Assembly: GCA_964036045.1 (NCBI GenBank)
Contig: OZ038378.1
Coordinates: 156,426,001 to 156,490,000 of the forward strand
Length of the DNA stretch: 64,000 nt
Direction: 5' to 3'
From: Eutreptiella sp. 'Long Island Sound 2002'
Taxonomy: Eukaryota > Protista > Euglenida
The notes under the pieces are model-generated. The model searched no databases. It saw only the letters and a list, made by a program, of their open reading frames with translations, and was not told the origin of the DNA. Positions 56,401-64,000 of this stretch are shown here, in pieces. The position numbers and the translations under genes are program-made. Each line of letters starts with the position of its first letter. Within the stretch, counting starts at the first letter, position 1.

Positions 56401-59400
56401 GGCCTCTCTTTTGTTCCTCCATTTCAAAGAGAACAAAAATAAAAAGTGGAAGAGGCCTGCAGCACCGGAAGCGAAAATGGAAAAAAAGCACCCTGTCACT
56501 GTTTACAGTTTTCACAACCACATTTGTGTTGGTAGCAGGAACGCAACAAGGGAGAAAAACCATGGCATTTCTGCAAGCAGCAAGGAGGTACAAAATTGCA
56601 TTTGATGTCCTGGGAAAGGGAGAAAAAGTGCAAGGGACTGTGGGGTACAATCTGTGATGACACAGCAAGGAAAGGGGTGCAAAACCCAGGTGGTAGCGCA
56701 GCTGCAGATTCATCCAACTCTGCGAACACACATACCTGTAAAGCGAAAAAGGTGCAAATCGTAATCGTCATTCCGTCATCACTGCCTCCCGGCTCAACGC
56801 CCCCCCACCCCCACCCCCACCCCGGTAATGTCGTCACTATTATATCCACCCCTGTCATACACCACCTCCCACAACCAAAGGCATGCAAACAAGTGCTCAA
56901 CCGAGTTCCAGATTAACCATGAACATCATTGTATGCCTTTTGACAGGGTGTCAAAATCTTGCGGCCCATGAAAGGAACATGCAAATGCACTCGCCCATTG
57001 TATGCCACATCATGCACACCTACCTTATAGTAGAAGAAAGCACCTTTAAACCGATGTGGTCCATTGCTATCCCAAATCTTGACATTACCCGTGCCAAGCA
57101 GCAGACACAAACACAATGCTACCAATATCTTTTTTTTTCACTTTAGTGCACATGTGTCCAAGTGTGCTCTCGAGACATTCGCGGTTAATAAGATAAATAC
57201 ATGTGGTGGCAAGCCTCCATGCTACGAGCATGGTCCAGCCCGACGCCTGGGGGGCCAAATTCACTCACACCATTGCATGTATCCCCTGCTAAAAAAAATG
57301 CACCCCAAGGGTACCACACCTGTCGGCAGTAGTGATGGATCCAGTGTTTGTTGCTTGCCCTGGCTTGGGGTGCCTCACTTGACCTGCGACAACTGATATG
57401 GCTCCCTGTGCGCCATTTGCTCTGTCTTGTGGGCACCTTGCAGGGACAAATCAAAAAGGCTATATAACCACTGTTGTCTGGGTCCGCGACTAGGGAGGAG
57501 TTAAAGAGGCTACATACACCGTGCCTTCTTACGGTCTCCAAAATGGAGAGCAATGATGTGGCTGGGGGCATCCATGCACAACACCTTTCCGGTTTGGGTT
57601 CGACACCCACGTGTGCCAGCAGGCAGCACCTCTGCCATCCGTCAATTCACCGTCAGTCTGTCCTGCCCACCAGCAAAACAAACAGAGCTAAGGCGGGGGT
57701 CCAAAACTTATGTTCAATAAACAAAACTTGGGTTTCCTTCACCGCTTCTCGCCAAATGAGACCCAAGCCCCAGTGACCCTTTGGCAAGTAACTGTGGCTC
57801 CCTGCTAAGGGACAGTCCACGTCCCAGGACCTGTGGAGACAAGCCCCCGGTGGTTGAGTTGTCCCTGGATGAGGGCACCCACGGCACCAAGAAGTCTACA
57901 AGAACATGTTGGACCCCCTCCCTGGGCAACTCCTTTGGCAGCGGGTCGAGGCAAGGTGCAGTCATGGTAGACATATCCAACCACCAACAAATAAGCAATC
58001 TCAGCCAAAATGCAATCTAAATGATACCACGACATGTATCTGCACCGGACCACTCTGTGTTCGGTTGTTTTTGTGTGAGGTGACCCAGTACACGTTTTGC
58101 AGGGGTCCATGGTTGCCAATGCCAAAGCAACGTCACTCACCAAGGCAAAACCAAGGGGGAATGTTTGCCCGGCACGCGCCCGGCGCATGCCCGGCGCGCA
58201 CCTTTGTATTAAGTATCCTATCTCTAGCCCCAAGTTTATCCCCACCTGGGGAAGTCCCCCAAGTAGACCGCACTAGACCGCAAGCCTTCCCTGCAAAGCA
58301 CATTGCATAAGCCAAAATATGAGAATTCAACAACACAAAATGTCACTCCCACCACTTCCAACCACCACCCTTGCTATCATCTTAAACTGGGTGCAAAGGA
58401 CGGGCCAGATTCTTAGACACTGCAAGAAGGTACTCCAGACTGTTTGGGGCTCAATCATGGTTGGTCACAGATACTGGATGCCCCCGCCCAGGCAATTCCA
58501 GCCAATGTTCCAGGTGTTGTCCACAATCAACTGCTATGCTACATCCAGTCGTTAAGACACAGCCTGATATGTACACGAGCATCCGACATGCCGCTTCCTG
58601 GAAGCGGGTGCACACTGGGAGCAGGCGGCAGCTGCCAAGCCTGATAGCATAACATATAACGTTCGTGTGCCAGCGCCAAACACTGTTTGGTGAGGTGGGG
58701 GCAAAAACAGGCACGGGTGGGGAATGGTCAAAAAAAGATGCCCGGCGTGCTAATACTCCCCCCAAAACCACGCAGGCTCCACAGGCAAAACCAGGCAAAA
58801 CCAAGGAAAACCAAGGGAGGAACCTAGAAAAACCGAGAATGCATTCCAGCCCTCACCCAGAATTGGCAGCACCAAGAACTCCAATTTGGTTGCTGCTGCT
58901 ACTATTGAGCCCCCAACTTCTTCAAAGACTTGGACAAAGAGGATACTAACAGCCACTTCTTGGATGGATTTAGTAGGAAACTAAGCTTGACAAAACAGAC
59001 CTCATTGTGTACAGCAAAAGGAAGAGTGTCCATTTCCACTACGCACGGGGGCAAGTAAGAAAGAAGGGAAGGTTTAACCTGCACAGGGGAGCAAGTGACA
59101 AAGAAGGGGGAAATGTACCCTGGCTTTACCTGGTTTTTCCTGGTCAACGTCTGCTTAGGCGGCATGGCAGCCACACCCTCGCGCGCATGAACCCTGACCA
59201 TCAAACAAACAGTTCTTGGACCCGCTCAAACCCTGCACAGCCCTGACCTGCCAGGGATGCGCTTGAGGGGGATAGACCCTGAAGGGGGGCTTCAGGGGCG
59301 ATTGCAAAAGTGTCAAGTGTGAATGGCAATGCGGTTTGGGGAGAGGGTCAGGTGGTGACAAGTCGGTTGGCTCGCCGTTGGTGGCAGACAGAAGCGGTTG

Positions 59401-59469
59401 GGACGGGGGACGAATACGGTACCACATACGGTACCACACGGTCCAATAATTCGTATTACCAGTTTCAAT

Positions 59470-62400
59470 CATTTTGGTAGGTGGCCTTAAAATGCAATAA
59501 AACCTTGCTGGAACCCCTACATCCCTAACGGTCGGCCCAATTGCATCTCAAGAGGCCCCACCCCCCATTTGGAAAACTTTTATTGCGTTTTTGGGCCACT
59601 TACCAATTTGGGTCATTTTGGTAAGTGGCCCTAAAACGCATTAAAACCTTGCTGGAACCACTGCATCCCTAACGGTCAGCCCAGTTGCATCTCAAGAGGC
59701 CCCATCCCCCCTTTGGGAAACTTTATTGCATTTCTGGGCCACTTACCAATTTGGGTCATTTTGGTAAGTTGCCCTAAAACGCAATAAAACCTTGCTGGAA
59801 CCCCTACATCCCTAAAGGTCGGCCCAATAGCATCTCAAGAGGCCCCATCCCCCCTTTGGAAATCTTTTTTTTGCAGGTATGGGCGTCTCACCAATTTGCG
59901 TCATTTTGGTAGGTGGCCCTAAAACACAATAAAACCCTGCTGGAGCCACTACATCCCTAAGGCCGGGCCAATTGCATCGCAAGAGGCCCCGCCCCCCTTT
60001 TGGAAAAAAATTGTTGCGTTTTTGGGCCACTTACCAATTTGGGTCATTTTCGTAAGTGGCCCTAAAACGCAATAAAACCTTGCCGGAACCACTACATCCC
60101 TAACGGCTGGCCCAATAGCATCTCAATAGGCCTGACCCCCCCTTTGGGAAACTTTTATTGCGTTTTCGGGGCACTTCCCAATTTGGGTCATTTTGGTAAG
60201 TGGCCCTAAAACGCTATAAAACCTTGCCGGAACCACTACATCCCCAGCGGCTGGCCCAATTGCATCGCAAGAGGCCCCATCCCCCCTTTGGGAAGTCTTA
60301 TAGCGTTTTTGGGCCAATTACCAATTTGGGTCACCTTTGGTAAGTGGCCCTAAAACGCAATAAAACCTTGCTGGAACCCCTACATCCCTAACGGTCGGCC
60401 CAATTGCATCTCAAGAGGCCCCACCCCCCATTTGGAAAACTTTTATTGCGTTTTTGGGCCACTTACCAATTTGGGTCATTTTGGTAAGTGGCCCTAAAAC
60501 GCATTAAAACCTTGCTGGAACCACTACATCCCTAACGGTCAGCCCAGTTGCATCTCAAGAGGCCCCAGCCCTCTTTTGGAAAACTTTTGTTGCGTTTATG
60601 GGCCACTTACCAATTTGGGTCATTTTGGTAAGTTGCCCTAAAACACAATAAAACATTGTCGGAACCGCTACATCCCGAATGGTCGGTCCAATAAAATCTC
60701 AAGAGGCCCCACCCCCCATTTGCAAAAGTTTTATTGCGTTTTACGGCCACTTACCAATTTGGGTCATTTTGGTAAGTGGCCCTAAAACGCATTAAAACCT
60801 TGCCGGAACCACTACATCCCTAACGGCCGGCTCCATTGCATCTCAAGAGGCCCCATCCCCCCTTTGGGAAAATTTTTATTGCGTTTTCGGGCCACTTACC
60901 AATTTGGGTCATTTTGGTAAGTGGCCCTAAAACACAATAAAACCTGGCCGGAACCACTACATCCGTAACGGTCAGCCCAATAGCATCTCAAGGGACCCCA
61001 TCCCCCATTTGGAAAACTTTTGTTGCGCTTTCGGGCAACGGTCGGCCCAATAGCACCTCAAGAGGCCCCACCTCCCATTAGGAACACTTTTATTGCGTTT
61101 TTGGGCCACTTACCAATTTGAGTCATTTTCGTAAGTGGCCCTAAAGCGCAATAAGACCTTGTCGGAACCCCTACATCCCTAACGGTCGACCCAGTTGCAT
61201 CTCAAGAGGCCCCTGCCCCCTTTTGGAAAACTTTTGTTGCGTTTTTGGGCCACTTACCAATTTGGGTCATTTTGGTAAGTGGCCCTAAAACACAATAAAA
61301 CCTTGTCGGAACCACTACATCCCTAACGGTCAGGCCAATTGCATCTCAAGAGGCCCCACCCCCCCTTTGAAAACTTTTATTGCGTTTTTGGGCCACTTAC
61401 CAATTTGGGTCATTTCGGTAAGTGGCCCTAAAACGCAATAAAGCCTTGTCGGAACCCCTACATCCCTAACGGTCGGCCCAATAGCACCTCAAGAGGCCCC
61501 ACCCCCCATTTGGAACACTTTTATTGCGTTTTTGGGCCACTTACCAATTTGAGTCATTTTCGTAAGTGGCCCTAAAGCGCAATAAGACCTTGTCGGAACC
61601 CCTACATCCCTAACGGTCGACCCAGTTGCATCTCAAGAGGCCCCTGCCCCCTTTTGGAAAACTTTTGTTGCGTTTTTGGGCCACTTACCAATTTGGGTCA
61701 TTTTGGTAAGTGGCCCTAAAACGCAATAAAACCTTGCCGGAACCACTACATCCCTAGCGGTCAGCCCAATTGCATCTCAAGAGGCCCCACCCCCCATTTG
61801 AAAACTTTTATTGCGTTTTTGGGCCACTTACCAATTTGGGTCATTTCGGTAAGTGGCCCTAAAACGCAATAAAGCCTTGTCGGAACCCCTACATCCCTAA
61901 CGGTCGGCCCAATTGCATCTCAAGAGGCCCCACCCCCCCTTTGGAAAACTTTTATTGCGTTTTTGGGGCACTTACCAATTTGGGTCATTTTGGTAAGTGG
62001 CCCTAAAACACAATAAAACCTTGTCGGAACCACTACATCCCTAACGGTCAGGCCAATTGCATCTCAAGAGGCCCCATCCCCCCTTTGGTAAACTTTTATT
62101 GCATTTTCGGGCCACTTACCAATTTGGGTCATTTTGGTAAGTGGCCTTAGAAAGCAATCAAACCTTGTCGGAACCCGCACATCCCTAACGGTCGGCCCAA
62201 TAGCATCTCAAGAGGCCCCAGCCCCCATTTGGAACACTTTTATTGCGTTTTTGGGCCACTTACCAATTTGGGTCATTTTGGTAAGTGCCCCTAAAACGCA
62301 ATAAAACGCCGGAACCACTACATCCCCAATGGCCGGCTCAATTGCATCTCAAGAGGCCCCATCCCCCCTTTGGGAAACTTTATTGCATTTCTGGGCCACT

Positions 62401-62736
62401 TACCAATTTGGGTCATTTTGGTAAGTGGCCCTAAAACGCAATAAAACCTTGTCAGAACCCCTACATCCCTAACGGCCGGCTCAATTGCATCTCAAGAGGC
62501 CCCACCCCCCATTTGGAAAACTTTTATTGCGTTTTTGGGCCACTTACCAATTTGGGTCATTTTGGTAAGTGGCCCTAAAACGCAATAAAACCCTGCCGGA
62601 ACCACTACATCCCTAACGGTCGGCCCAATTGCATCTCAAGAGGCCTCAGGCCCAATTTGGAAAACTTTTAGTTCGTTTTTGGGCCACTTACCAATCTGGG
62701 TCATTTTGGTAAATGGCCCTAAAACACAATAAAACA
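59470..62736. repeat. Satellite, ~143-144-bp unit x ~23, each unit containing a 29-bp-stem inverted repeat
   Basis: Unit starts at 59470, 59614, 59757 and so on; arms TTTTATTGCGTTTTNGGGCCACTTACCAA and TTGGTAAGTGGCCCTAAAACGCAATAAAA. Confidence 0.95.
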
Positions 62737-62743
62737 CCCCCCC

Positions 62744-64000
62744 TTTTTTTTTGCAACACATGGTCAATGTCCAAAGGTCCGTGTCCGATATGAGGAAGGG
62801 TAAGCCCATCATACACTTGGAACCTCATCCCATATGGTCAGGGTCAGTCATGTGGGCTACGGACAGGCTGTTGGGGTGTTGGCGCATGCAGAGTTTCGAT
62901 AAAATGAAATACAGGTTGGCGGCATGCGAGCAAACGCCCCTCCTCTGGCCCCGGGGGACCTAGATTCTCGCGGGGGTGCCGGGCATGTGGGCTGTAGCCT
63001 GGTGGGAAGCCCTGGGAGAGGAGACGGGGGAGGGGCGAAGGAGATAGCAAGCTGTCACTTCGGGCAGGAACTCTCTATTTGTTGCCAGCGAGGCGCGGCG
63101 GGTGTGAGTGCAAACGCACTGTCAGCTCCTCATCAGTGCACACAGAAAACAGACAGCAACGTGTGGAGAGCACAAGAGAAAAAATAGGGAGATAGTCCAA
63201 GAGACCGACACAACATGTGAAGCTGCTGCAGAGTCTGTGTAAGTACAGCGCCCTGATGGCAGGTGTACCACTTAGCTTAGGAGAAGGCAGCCGATTCCAC
63301 TTCTGATGGTCCTGTACAGAGAGGGGGGGGGGCACGGGGCAGGGAGGGCCAATATGGGCATACGACACGGGCGGGGGGGGGGGGGGGCGCAGCAAGCAGG
63401 CGGCTGGGTCGGTACAAGGCAGTGGGTGGGCGGTGGTGCACAGCAATGCTGCATCGCGGAGTCTCCTGTGGGCGTGCGGGGGGGGGGGGGGGTCAGCAGA
63501 GGCTGGGGGGCTGGGACCAGTCACCGGGGCTGAAGGGGTTGGGTCGCGTCGGTGGTCTGGTGGGGACCGAATCGGCCAGAACTGCAGTAACATTATCTAG
63601 CACGTGCTGTTGGAAGTGCCCCACGGCCTTTCGCGCTCCGCGCAGCCCTCCTAGCTTGGCCTTTAGGACGTGGTATAAGGTCTGCGGAATGGCCCACCGG
63701 CCAGCGATGCGAAGGTCCTTTCGCTGGGCGGAACGTCGCCACGTCAGGACCTCAGACCTTACTGTCCAAGAGGAAAGCCAGGCATCAACGAGGGGGTGGG
63801 TCTTGGTGCTGAAGGCCAGTGTGCCGTGCAGGCTCGGGTTGTGGAAGCGGTGGCAGTGGGGGCAGGGGCGCTTTACGGGCGCGTCAGTCCAAAAGGTGGC
63901 ATAGTGTGCGTATCCCAGGCGGGATTGCAGCCCAAAGAGCCACTTGTGCCACGCCAATCGCCGGAAGCGCAGGGGGCGCCAGGACAGGGGGTGGAAACCC
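62744..64000 (-). mobile_element. 3' end of a non-LTR retrotransposon, running off the window edge
   Basis: Open frame 64000-63493 with CPHCHRFH (decayed C-terminal zinc motif); short A9 tail on the minus strand at 62744-62752. Confidence 0.6.

Larger units (their letters stand above)
50840..56854 (-). mobile_element. Full-length decayed hAT DNA transposon with TIRs and 8-bp TSD, interrupted by a LINE fragment
   Basis: 14-bp TIR CAGGGGTGGATATA (50840-50853 and 56841-56854); TSD TCATACAC (50832-50839 and 56855-56862); GATTAC subterminal repeats. Confidence 0.93.

Noticed and set aside
57050-57650. Further hAT-like fragment (ECLESTLGHMCTK)
   Set aside because: Only a vague resemblance to the dimerisation motif.
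57805-58245. PHD-finger-like Cys/His pattern
   Set aside because: Ligand spacing is incomplete and there is no gene context.

Overview
Eukaryotic, transposon-saturated 64 kb window, probably from a protist. A Euglenozoa-like host is only an inference from a VIPER-type retroelement domain order. Three intact, apparently intronless host genes lie on the minus strand: a 2229-aa coiled-coil/Pro-Gly repeat protein, an RRM protein with about 54 copies of a 15-aa repeat and a CstF-C-like tail, and an LSm10-like Sm-fold protein. The rest is nested, mostly decayed mobile DNA: tyrosine-recombinase retroelements, LINE fragments, hAT elements, a RAG1/Transib-like transposase, MITE-like repeats and a 3.3 kb hairpin satellite. 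The stand-out is a 7 kb DNA transposon (9957-16938; ~26-bp TIRs, 5-bp TSD AATTG). It carries an unassigned DDE transposase and a spliced cargo gene with a ParB-like N-terminus and a weakly methyltransferase-like C-terminus. It also holds about 20 copies of a 16-bp palindrome (TGTCTGGTTCCAGACA) spaced ~60 bp apart and largely confined to introns and non-coding DNA. This layout recalls a bacterial ParB/parS module. All family calls come from reading motifs by eye; no database search was run.
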